Of a stretch of 64,000 nt of DNA, positions 1 to 17,597 are shown in pieces (position 1 is the first letter of the stretch; each line of letters opens with the position of its first letter). The notes below the pieces were generated by a model, which ran no database searches, was not told where the DNA came from, and saw only the letters and a list, made by a program, of their open reading frames with translations. This DNA comes from Guillardia theta CCMP2712 (taxonomy: Eukaryota > Protista > Cryptophyta): the NCBI RefSeq assembly GCF_000315625.1, contig NW_005434582.1, positions 82,504-146,503 of the forward strand. Reading direction: 5' to 3'. The position numbers and the translations under genes are program-made.

Positions 1-6550
<6,550 letters not shown>

Positions 6551-6665
6551 CGCGTGCTGGGGACACTAAAATCACTCAACAAGGCAAAATCGCTCAAGTA
6601 AAGGCAGGAAGAAACCTGCAGGGAGGTTGTGGGGAGAGCAACGCCGGGAGAGAGGAAGCAAGAGG

Positions 6666-8354
6666 ATGTCGAAGCCAGCGCCATCATGGCTCAAGGGATT
6701 CGCGGGCAAGAGGAAGGAGGCTGCTAAGGAAAGCACCCCGTCCTTCGATGCCAAGGTGTCGCTCTACCTCCTGAACGATCTCAGTGCTGAGATGGCTGAA
6801 TGCAGAAGGCCAAGACTGCGCAGGAGGAGGGAGAGGGTGAGCTTGCCTTTCCCTGTGCCGTGCGAGTGCCGACGGCACGCAGGGATCGAGGACTACATGG
6901 CAGACCACATCCTACCGCAGGACGAGGCGTCATCGCGCAGACGGGTGTGCTGCGTCCTGCTCTGCGCCATCGGTGGAGTGATCTGGAAGGGTCAGGTGGA
7001 GAGGAACACAGAGAAGACGAGGCCGTTGAAGGAGAGAATGAGCGAAGCACTGGACAAGGCAGGAGCTGAGAGCGTGCGAGGTGTGCCTGACATGGCGCGC
7101 TCAGGGGCTCAGCAACCCCATCGGTAACGACAACATCGGGTTCCGGCTGGTAACTTTGCGCCTGCTGGGGGGTAGGTGGTAGTTATAGCATGCCGGCAGT
7201 TGTCGAAGATGGGATTCAAGGAGGGCCAGGTGTTATGAATCTTCATGTTTTTCCTGTGTTTCATCTCCTTTCAATCCTTCTGCCCTCCTTTCTCCATTCT
7301 GTGTCCTTCTATCCTGTTTTCTCCCTCCTGTTCTTTCCTCTCTCTCCCTCCCTCTCTCTCCCTCTCTCCGTTCCTCCCATCCATCCCTCCCTCCCTCTCC
7401 CTCCCTCTCTCTCTTTCGCTTCAACGTGCTCACGAGGATGGCAGGGGCTGGGGAAGGAGAAGAGCGGGCTAGCAGCTCCGCTAGATATTCACATGAAGGT
7501 AGATGCTTCTGTTGACGCTGAGGAGGGAAGGAGACGACTTGACCGCCCAGAAGGCAAGCAGGAGGGGTCTTGGAGTCGAAGAGGAGACGAGGAGGATAGC
7601 CCAGGAGCAGGCAAGAAACAAGGTGAACACGGCGTTTCGTCCCTAAGATGTCTGACTGAGAATGTAAGGCCGAGAACGTATCCAACCTCAAGGACTCCTT
7701 CCTCTCGAGGCAGAAGGCAAACTTCGAGACGAAGCAGGTGTAAGCACTGGCAACGTTCTCCCTCCTCATCCTCCTCTCGCTCTTCCAGAACATACGGGAC
7801 CTCTCGAGGGCGCAGAAAGTTTGCGAGACCCTCGACCGAGCAGCAGGTGATGTGCCCCTGTACCTCCTCCCTCTTCCGCGTTCGGCCGACATGACGCATC
7901 GCGCCAGGTCTTGAGAATCCTCAGCTGTGGGGCATCTCCATGGACGAGGACGGGAAGCTGGCGGGAGAAGAGGCAGTGGAGCAGCGGATAGAGGCTCCTG
8001 ATGGGAGCGCGTACTCCCGTGTTGTGAGCGGCAGACCTCAGGACAGGAGCGAGATGTCGCCGGAGGACATCGTCTCCCTGCTGTCAAGGTGAATTTCCCC
8101 TCAGCTCCGCCTACCTGAGACGCTTGCGCCCAACAGCATCATTCTCCACCTCCGGACCGTGCATCACTTCTGCTTCCCCTGCAGCGGGCGCTTCCCATCG
8201 GCAGAGGTCGAGGGTCGTGATGCAGTCTCGGGCTTTGGTGACGTCACTACAGGAGGTCGAAGGGCATCTGCAACAGTCGGACGACTGCCTGCAGCGGTTC
8301 CAGCAGCTCGGGAAGGGACAGGAGGAGAACGATTTGGATTTCAGTGACTTCTGA
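6666..8354 (+). CDS. GPATCH11: G-patch domain protein, GPATCH11/CCDC75-like with DUF4187-like C-terminus; multi-exon
   Basis: Spliced peptides IEDYMAD, DNIGFRL|LSKMGFKEGQ|GLGKEKSGLAAPLDIHMK|KASRRGLG (G-patch), NIRDLSRAQKVCETLD and HHFCFPCSGRF (CxxC). Stop at 8352-8354. Confidence 0.85.
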
Positions 8355-8398
8355 AGGAGACAAATATACAAGAATCATATGTTGAACCATCCAACGTG

Positions 8399-8780
8399 CT
8401 AGAGCTCTATGCCCAGCCTCTTCTGCTTATCTCGGATGTAGATGGACGTCATCATAAAGCCCAACGTCACGCCTTGGGCCACCACACGCGCCCTCATGAA
8501 AACTTGCGAAGCCATCTTGTTTCCCTTCTGGAACTGCCGAAACCCTGAAAGGAGGATGCCTGCAGTGATCACACAACCTGCCCATACTCGTAAGGACGCT
8601 GCAACTTGCGCATGCCAGCGGTGGGTCACCGAGAGGCACCACGGGACTCTGTGCTCCGAGGTATCTGTAGAGAAACCTATCGAAGTCTGAAATCTCTGCA
8701 TGGAGAAGGCACGGGTCAATGACAGTTTGGCTTCAACGTAAACTCTTACCTGTCTTGTTCGCTTTTGCGTTATCCTCCAT
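8399..8780 (-). CDS. HIG1-domain protein (HIGD2A/Rcf1-like mitochondrial complex IV assembly factor), 3 exons
   Basis: Spliced protein MEDNAKANKT|EISDFDRFLYRYLGAQSPVVPL|GCVITAGILLSGFRQFQKGNKMASQVFMRARVVAQGVTL...; contains the HIG1 signature SQxxMRxRVxAQG. Confidence 0.9.
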
Positions 8781-9124
8781 CCCTGAACAGGCATCGTTTA
8801 GCAAAAGGTAGGAGGGGCATCGAAGATTGTTCTGCATCACGCAAGTTCCTCTCACAAATTGCTTCGAACTGATATATTAGATGTTCAATAACAAACTTTG
8901 ACGAACACAGCACAAATTCATCACTCTTTGGCATATATCTATCAGTTAGACACATACTACACCCTGCTGCACTCTCTAAGTGCAAAAGAAGCTCCATAGA
9001 ACCCAAGGAACCTTGCTGCAGCAGGATGCACGAACCCAATCCCAGCATTCTTTGCTATTTTTGCTGATCACGAAGTCGCAGGGCGGCATGATCTACTCAT
9101 TACAATGCTTGCTTGTGTCCCTTA

Positions 9125-9576
9125 TCTCCTCTCCTCTCCTCTCCTTCCTTCTCTCTCCTCTCCTCTCCTGACCTCACCTCTCCTGACCTCACCTCTCCTC
9201 TCCTCTCCTCTCCTCTCCTCTCCTCTCCTCTCCTCTCCTCTCCTCTCCTCTCCTCTCCTCTCCTCTCCTCTCCTCTCCTTCCCTTCCCTTCCCTCCCCTC
9301 CCCTTCATCTCCTCCTCCTCTCCTCTCCTCTCCTCTCCTCTCCTCTCCTCTCCTCTCCTCTCCTCTCCTCTCCTCTCCTCTCCTCTCCTCTCCTCTCCTC
9401 TCCTCTCCTCTCCTCTCCTCTCCTCTCCTCTCCTTCCCTTCCCTCCCCTCCCCTTCATCTCCTCTCCTCCTCCTCTCCTCTCCTCTCCTCTCCTCTCCTC
9501 TCCTCTCCTTCCCTTCCCTCTCCTTCCCTTCCCTCTCCTTCCCTTCCCTCCCCTCTCCTTCATCTCCTCTCCTCTC
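9125..9576. repeat. (CTCCT)n pentanucleotide microsatellite
   Basis: Seen directly. Confidence 0.95.
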
Positions 9577-9934
9577 AACTGCGCCCCCTTTCCCCCTCCT
9601 TCGGCCATGCACCCAAAGCGCCGCCAAACTTGAAAGCAGGCAGACCGGAGAGAAATTCGGCGCCGGGCGCCACCAGCCCGGCCATGGCCCGGCCATGGGG
9701 CCTGGGGTTTTGGCGCGGTCTGCAAAGGTTTGTGGAGGCTTGACTTTCGCGGTAGTTTGAAACCTCTCTGAAAGTATTTCAATGCCCTCAAAACCACCCG
9801 GTCTTTTGATGATCAAGTACCCACATAAGTATGTCCATCCCAAGCCGAAGTTCTCTTTGAGCTCTGATTTCGACCTCAAAGCTCAACCCTCCCCAGTCTA
9901 AGCACCCCTCTCGCGAAACCGCGAAACTATCGCT

Positions 9935-10902
9935 ATGCAGTTACTGCTCCGCCGCGTCTGGGCTGCTGGGACTAGCCTCCATGCAGGCCTCTCAGGCCTT
10001 CACCCGCGAGTACACTCCTTCATCACAGCTGCTGATGCATCATCTCGCAATCACTCCTTCATCACAGCTGCTCATGCATCATCTCGCAATCACTCCTTCA
10101 CCACAGCTGCTGATACATTATTTCACGATCGCGCTTCAGCATATCTCAAGCATGCGTGTGAGTTGCTGAAGATTAAAGCTCCAACTGGGAACGCCTATGC
10201 CGTTGCACTAGCGCTGAATGATAAGGATGCGGAGAAGGAGCTGCAGCTGCAGAAGAAGGATGCGGAGAAGCAGCTGCAGCTGCAGCTGCAGCTCCTGGAG
10301 AAAGATCATCAGATTATTGTCAACTACTACAAACGGCGAGTGGCATACATCACTCAGAGGTGTAGAGTTTGTTTGCCACCATGGTGTGGCCTCTACCCTC
10401 TACTGAATGATTGCACAAACACAGGTATCTGGTTGAGGATCTTTTCAGGAAAGCTATGGATATTATTGCCAACAGCAAGGACGAGGAGATCAACTCTGTA
10501 CAGAAAGACTTGCCGCGGAAGGACTTGGGGCTGATGATGAAAAGAGAGCTTTCTATGAGTGCGATGAATAGGCACTTGCAGACGAATAATAGCTTACGAC
10601 TGGCCGTATGGAAACGGATGGGGTTACCAGAGGACCTTTTGATACCTAGGTTATCAGAAGAGAAGATGTTGTATGGGTACCTGTCGGAACACATCCATGG
10701 ACCGACGGGGCTGTTTGTGTTTTTATCTTCACGTGCAGCTAAAGAGGAGATCAGATTTTTCAGCGATGTTGCACACGTTTTCAAGAAGGAGGTGGACTTT
10801 TTCGACGACGCGTCAGCAGAAGAGGGAGAGCTGATGGAAACTAAATCTATCCTGGAAAAATATAGGCGAAAATCTGAGGACGACAGCGAGCCAAAGCCAT
10901 GA
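9935..10902 (+). CDS. Hypothetical 300-aa coiled-coil protein with presequence-like N-terminus and LYGYLSEHIH motif, copy 1 (intron 10360-10424)
   Basis: A GT-AG intron joins ORF 9935 in frame to ORF 10411-10902 (AG|G = Arg). The spliced CDS is 903 nt. Confidence 0.75.
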
Positions 10903-11045
10903 CTTGAATAGGATCAAGGCACTTTTCGATATATGCTTGCTGATTACTGATCATAGTATGTTGCCTGCAGAGTCTTTCTGATATGCGACGCCGAGATAGA
11001 AGCTTAGATCATTGTCTGTTGTCGTGTTGTACCCTTTTGTGTTAG

Positions 11046-11650
11046 TCATGAATTCGTCGAATGACGCAAACAAAACTGTACTGTTGCTTGCTTGAATGAT
11101 GTGGCCGCATCCACAACTAAGGCTATCAACATCTCCCCCTCCTGTTTGTCACGATCACCGATAATGGAAGAAGCAGTGATCTGATGTGCATGGTTGAAAG
11201 CAGCCGAAGTCCCGTAAGTCTTGACATAGTTTTTTCCAGAAGTTTCTGCCACTGCTAGGTAAACCGTAGACTGATTTGTTGCGGATTTTGAGGTATGGTG
11301 ACTTGATATTGCAGAGCTCACGGAACTGTGGAGGTGTCTTGATCAGGATGTACACCGCCGTAGGTACGGATGCAGTCAAGTATGCCGTCGAGATGTCCTG
11401 GCATCGCATTAGGGCCATTGTTTGGCTCGAGCTATGGCAAGGAGTCATCGGATGGTGGCAGGATTTGCAGTCGCAGAGAACGAGTCTAGGTCATCAATGC
11501 CCTGTACTGCGTTATACCCTCGGATGATTGCCCTTGCTTTATACTAGAGCCTTGTCCCTTGCTGATCTGATTGCTGAAATCAATGATGCGGTTCTAGGTT
11601 GTTGTCGTTGAGGGCTTCATTGATCGAAGGGTCATCATTCTCGCTCGGGC
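11046..11650 (-). pseudogene. Degenerate Ty1/copia reverse transcriptase fragment, copy 1
   Basis: DISTAYL...KSVYGLPSSGRNFW...DHCFF matches the copia DVKTAFL/KSLYGLKQAPRxW motifs. YVDD has decayed to LVVDA, with stops and frameshifts. Confidence 0.85.
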
Positions 11651-12534
11651 CTCCCCTCCCAGTGTGCCACGGTTGAATGTGTCTATCATTACTCCACAGA
11701 GCTGGGCCTCTTTGTGAAGGCCTGCTCCTGATATGGGATGCCCCAGTTGATATAATGATCGAATGCAGCGCCCTAAGATGGTGTAGCAATGTGGCATTGA
11801 CGAATCTCTGGTGATAGAAGGAGGCAGTGGCGAGCAAGGTTTTCGATGGGACCAGGGCCAACAAATGCCTCAACGCCAGCTGAGGCAACATCTCTGACAC
11901 CTCTGATCACCACTTTAGCTGTGCGTGAAGATAAAAACACAAACAGCCCCGTCGGTCCATGAATCATCGACTCGCTTAAACCTGGTGGCGGCCTGGCTGC
12001 CATTGCGATTTCCTGCAAACTTGCGATTTATTGACTAAAAAAGGAAGGGCAAACCGGAGCAAACAAGGAGAAGGAGAAAACCGACAACTCCGCCTCAATA
12101 AAACACTAGGAAAGGAAAGAGGCAGCAAGGATCAGGACAAGGAGCAGTAGCGCAAGGCCCCTGCAAGGAAGACGGCAAGACCCATGCGAGAGCGATACTT
12201 ACCCACCCCCTCCCCATTCACACACCCTGTGTATTTACGCGAAAGATACCGGTACTAGACCCTTTGATTGGCTGTTCCACCCCCGTGGCCCGGCCATGGG
12301 GCCTGCGGTTTTGGCGCGGTCTGCAAAGGTTTGTGGCTCTTGACTTTCGCGGTAGTTTGAAACCTCTCTGAAAGTATTTCAATGCCCTCAAAACCACCCG
12401 GTCTTTTGATGATCAAGTACCCACGTAAGTATGTCCATTCCAAGCCGAAGTTCTCTTTGAGCTCTGATTTCGACCTCAAAGCTCAACCCTCCCCAGTCTA
12501 AGCACCCCTCTCGCGAAACCGCGAAACTATCGCT

Positions 12535-13511
12535 ATGCAGTTACTGCTCCGCCGCGTCTGGGCTGCTGGGACTAGCCTCCATGCAGGCCTCTCAGGCCTT
12601 CACCCGCGAGTACACTCCTTCATCACAGCTGCTCATGCATCATCTCGCAATCACTCCTTCATCACAGCTGCTCATGCATCATCTCGCAATCACTCCTTCA
12701 CCACAGCTGCTGATACATTATTTCACGATCGCGCTTCAGCATATCTCAAGCATGCGTGTGAGTTGCTGAAGATTAAAGCTCCAACTGGGAACGCCTATGC
12801 CGTTGCACTAGCGCTGAATGATAAGGATGCGGAGAAGGAGCTGCAGCTGCAGAAGAAGGATGCGGAGAAGCAGCTGCAGCTGCAGCTGCAGCTCCTGGAG
12901 AAAGATCATCAGATTATTGTCAACTACTACAAACGGCGAGTGGCATACATCACTCAGAGGTGTAGAGTTTGTTTGCCACCATGGTGTGGCCTCTACCCTC
13001 TACTGAATGACTGTTGCACAAACACAGGTATCTGGTTGAGGATCTTTTCAGGAAAGCTATGGATATTATTGCCAACAGCAAGGACGAGGAGATCAACTCT
13101 GTACAGAGAGACTTGCCGCGGAAGGACTTGGGGCTGATGATGAAAAGAGAGCTTTCTATGAGTGCGATGAATAGGCACTTGCAGACGAATAATAGCTTAC
13201 GACTGGCCGTATGGAAACGGATGGGGTTACCAGAGGACCTTTTGATACCTAGGTTATCAGAAGAGAAGATGTTGTATGGGTACCTGTCGGAACACATCCA
13301 TGGACCGACGGGGCTGTTTGTGTTTTTATCTTCACGTGCAGCTAAAGAGGAGATCAGATTTTTCAGCGATGTTGCACACGTTTTCAAGAAGGAGGTGGAC
13401 TTTTTCGACGACGCGTCAGCAGAAGAGGGAGAGCTGATGGAAACTAAATCTATCCTGGAAAAATATAGGCGAAAATCTGAGGACGACACTGTCAGCGAGC
13501 CAAAGCCATGA
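12535..13511 (+). CDS. Tandem-array gene, copy 2
   Basis: As copy 1, with +3 nt in the intron and +6 nt in frame near the C-terminus. Confidence 0.75.
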
Positions 13512-13654
13512 CTTGAATAGGATCAAGGCACTTTTCGATATATGCTTGCTGATTACTGATCATAGTATGTTGCCTGCAGAGTCTTTCTGATATGCGACGC
13601 CGAGATAGAAGCTTAGATCATTGTCTGTTGTCGTGTTGTACCCTTTTGTGTTAG

Positions 13655-14259
13655 TCATGAATTCGTCGAATGACGCAAACAAAACTGTACTGTTGCTTGC
13701 TTGAATGATGTGGCCGCATCCACAACTAAGGCTATCAACATCTCCCCCTCCTGTTTGTCACGATCACCGATAATGGAAGAAGCAGTGATCTGATGTGCAT
13801 GGTTGAAAGCAGCCGAAGTCCCGTAAGTCTTGACATAGTTTTTTCCAGAAGTTTCTGCCACTGCTAGGTAAACCGTAGACTGATTTGTTGCGGATTTTGA
13901 GGTATGGTGACTTGATATTGCAGAGCTCACGGAACTGTGGAGGTGTCTTGATCAGGATGTACACCGCCGTAGGTACGGATGCAGTCAAGTATGCCGTCGA
14001 GATGTCCTGGCATCGCATTAGGGCCATTGTTTGGCTCGAGCTATGGCAAGGAGTCATCGGATGGTGGCAGGATTTGCAGTCGCAGAGAACGAGTCTAGGT
14101 CATCAATGCCCTGTACTGCGTTATACCCTCGGATGATTGCCCTTGCTTTATACTAGAGCCTTGTCCCTTGCTGATCTGATTGCTGAAATCAATGATGCGG
14201 TTCTAGGTTGTTGTCGTTGAGGGCTTCATTGATCGAAGGGTCATCATTCTCGCTCGGGC
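13655..14259 (-). pseudogene. Degenerate copia RT fragment, copy 2
   Basis: Matches copy 1. Confidence 0.85.
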
Positions 14260-15143
14260 CTCCCCTCCCAGTGTGCCACGGTTGAATGTGTCTATCATTA
14301 CTCCACAGAGCTGGGCCTCTTTGTGAAGGCCTGCTCCTGATATGGGATGCCCCAGTTGATATAATGATCGAATGCAGCGCCCTAAGATGGTGTAGCAATG
14401 TGGCATTGACGAATCTCTGGTGATAGAAGGAGGCAGTGGCGAGCAAGGTTTTCGATGGGACCAGGGCCAACAAATGCCTCAACGCCAGCTGAGGCAACAT
14501 CTCTGACACCTCTGATCACCACTTTAGCTGTGCGTGAAGATAAAAACACAAACAGCCCCGTCGGTCCATGAATCATCGACTCGCTTAAACCTGGTGGCGG
14601 CCTGGCTGCCATTGCGATTTCCTGCAAACTTGCGATTTATTGACTAAAAAAGGAAGGGCAAACCGGAGCAAACAAGGAGAAGGAGAAAACCGACAACTCC
14701 GCCTCAATAAAACACTAGGAAAGGAAAGAGGCAGCAAGGATCAGGACAAGGAGCAGTAGCGCAAGGCCCCTGCAAGGAAGACGGCAAGACCCATGCGAGA
14801 GCGATACTTACCCACCCCCTCCCCATTCACACACCCTGTGTATTTACGCGAAAGATACCGGTACTAGACCCTTTGATTGGCTGTTCCACCCCCGTGGCCC
14901 GGCCATGGGGCCTGCGGTTTTGGCGCGGTCTGCAAAGGTTTGTGGCTCTTGACTTTCGCGGTAGTTTGAAACCTCTCTGAAAGTATTTCAATGCCCTCAA
15001 AACCACCCGGTCTTTTGATGATCAAGTACCCACATAAGTATGTCCATCCCAAGCCGAAGTTCTCTTTGAGCTCTGATTTCGACCTCAAAGCTCAACCCTC
15101 CCCAGTCTAAGCACCCCTCTCGCGAAACCGCGAAACTATCGCT

Positions 15144-16188
15144 ATGCAGTTACTGCTCCGCCGCGTCTGGGCTGCTGGGACTAGCCTCCATGCAGGCCTC
15201 TCAGGCCTTCACCCGCGAGTACACTCCTTCATCACAGCTGCTGATGCATCATCTCGCAATCGCTCCTTCATCACAGCTGCTCATGCATCATCTCGCAATC
15301 ACTCCTTCACCACAGCTGCTGATACATTATTTCACGATCGCGCTTCAGCATATCTCAAGCATGCGTGTGAGTTGCTGAAGATTAAAGCTCCAACTGGGAA
15401 CGCCTATGCCGTTGCACTAGCGCTGAATGATAAGGATGCGGAGAAGGAGCTGCAGCTGCAGAAGAAGGATGCGGAGAAGCAGCTGCAGCTGCAGACGAAG
15501 GATGCGGAGAAGGAGCTGCAGCTGCAGAAGAAGGATGCGGAGAAGCAGCTGCAGCTGCAGCTGCAGCTCCTGGAGAAAGATCATCAGATTATTGTCAACT
15601 ACTACAAACGGCGAGTGGCATACATCACTCAGAGGTGTAGAGTTTGTTTGCCACCATGGTGTGGCCTCTACCCTCTACTGAATGATTGCACCGTCCAAAC
15701 ACAGGTATCTGGTTGAGGATCTTTTCAGGAAAGCTATGGATATTATTGCCAACAGCAAGGACGAGGAGATCAACTCTGTACAGAAAGACTTGCCGCGGAA
15801 GGACTTGGGGCTGATGATGAAAAGAGAGCTTTCTATGAGTGCGATGAATAGGCACTTGCAGACAAATAATAGCTTACGACTGGCCGTATGGAAACGGATG
15901 GGGTTACCAGAGGACCTTTTGATACCTAGGTTATCAGAAAAGAAGATGTTGTATGGGTACCTGTCGGAACACATCCATGCCGCCGGACCGACGGGGCTGT
16001 TTGTGTTTTTATCTTCACGTGCAGCTAAAGAGGAGATCAGATTTTTCAGCGATGTTGCACACGTTTTCAAGAAGGAGGTGGACTTTTTCGACGACGTGTC
16101 AGCAGAAGAGGGAGAGCTGATGGAAACTAAATCTATCCTGGAAAAATATAGGCGAAAATCTGAGGACGACAGCGAGCCAAAGCCATGA
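15144..16188 (+). CDS. Tandem-array gene, copy 3 (coiled-coil expanded by 22 aa)
   Basis: +66 nt and +6 nt in-frame exon insertions, +5 nt in the intron. Confidence 0.75.
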
Positions 16189-16334
16189 CTTGAATAGGAT
16201 CAAGGCACTTTTCGATATATGCTTGCTGATTACTGATCATAGTATGTTGCCTGCAGAGTCTTTCTGATACAGTGCGACGCCGAGATAGAAGCTTAGATCA
16301 TTGTCTGTTGTCGTGTTGTACCCTTTTGTGTTAG

Positions 16335-16675
16335 TCATGAATTCGTCGAATGACGCAAACAAAACTGTACTGTTGCTTGCTTGAATGATGTGGCCGCATC
16401 CACAACTAAGGCTATCAACATCTCCCCCTCCTGTTTGTCACGATCACCGATAATGGAAGAAGCAGTGATCTGATGTGCATGGTTGAAAGCAGCCGAAGTC
16501 CCGTAAGTCTTGACATAGTTTTTTCCAGAAGTTTCTGCCACTGCTAGGTAAACCGTAGACTGATTTCAACCGTTGCGGATTTTGAGGTATGGTGACTTGA
16601 TATTGCAGAGCTCATGGAACTGTGGAGGTGTCTTGATCAGGATGTACACCGCCGTAGGTACGGATGCAGTCAAGT
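16335..16675 (-). pseudogene. Truncated copia RT fragment, copy 3
   Basis: Same sequence with an extra 5-nt frameshift, cut at about 16675. Confidence 0.8.
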
Positions 16676-16756
16676 CAGTGGATAAAGTGACATGTGGCAC
16701 ACAGCGATTGAATGGATGGAGAAGAAAGATTAATAGTAGGCATGCATCCTAGCATA

Positions 16757-16943
16757 AACCCTCCACAATAAAAGGAACCCTCCACAAACCTTCCACATAT
16801 ATTTGAAGAGTGAAATGGTAATAGAGAAAGGGGTTGTGTGGAGGGTTTGGAGGGTTTGGAGGGTGTGGAGGGTTGAAAATTGAATTGGGGAAAATCAAAA
16901 AATATTTGGGAGGAGCAAAATCAAACCCTCCACCCTCCACACC
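16757..16943. repeat. Cluster of direct and inverted CCCTCCA/TGGAGGGT repeats around AT-rich spacers
   Basis: AACC(C/T)TCCAC x3, then TGGAGGGT x4, then CCCTCCAC x2. Confidence 0.8.
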
Positions 16944-17491
16944 TGCCACGGGTGTGATAATTTCATCAATGATGATTGTTTTCTTTTTATTCGGTTCAGG
17001 TCATCGGTTGGGTGCTCCGGGACCACTGTGCAGACGGCAGAACTTCGGAACGGCAGAAGGGAAGAACGGCCATTGGTCACCAAGGGGGGAGCAAGCTCCC
17101 GCGGCAAGGCTGCGCCATGCCTTTCCGCCCCCTTGCTGAAATCATGTGAAAGCCTGACGAGAATGATAAGGGAAAGTGATAGAGATAAGAAGGCAGTTGT
17201 TCATAGTTGAGTCACGAAGGAAAAGTGTAATACGTCAAAAAAGTCACGAAGAAAAAGTGTGATACCCAAAACGGTCAAATAAGTCAAATGGTATTAAGCT
17301 GCTAGCAGCTCTAGCCCGGGCCGCCTGAGCCTACTACGCCGCTCAGCGGCTGAGTGCCGTGCAGAGACTGAGGAAAACGGCGTTGAACGCCTCACTCGGA
17401 AATGTCAGATTCAAGCCTTGGATTCGGAAGGAATAGCACTGAAATGATACCAGGCTATGACATATCAAAACGACCAACCGGCAATAAGCGG

Positions 17492-17597
17492 TGGTCCCAT
17501 CGAAAACCTTGCTCGCCACTGCCTCCTTCTATCACCAGAGATTCGTCAATGCCACATTGCTACACCATCTTAGGGCGCTGCATTCGATCATTATATG
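17492..17597 (+). repeat. Inverted ~105-bp copy of array-unit segment 11749-11853
   Basis: Reverse complement of ATATAATGATCGAATGCAGC...TTTTCGATGGGACC. Confidence 0.9.

Larger units (their letters stand above)
9684..16675 (+). repeat. Tandem array of a ~2.6-kb unit, about 2.7 copies (periods 2600 and 2609 bp), near-identical
   Basis: Same ORF starts at 9935, 12535 and 15144. The third copy breaks off at about 16675. Confidence 0.97.

Noticed and set aside
9125-9576. (CTCCT)n as a telomere or CRISPR-like array
   Set aside because: The same repeat is scattered in introns and has no spacers.
11046-11650. Active LTR retrotransposon or functional RT system
   Set aside because: Catalytic YxDD is lost, there are stops and frameshifts, and no LTRs, gag or integrase are visible.
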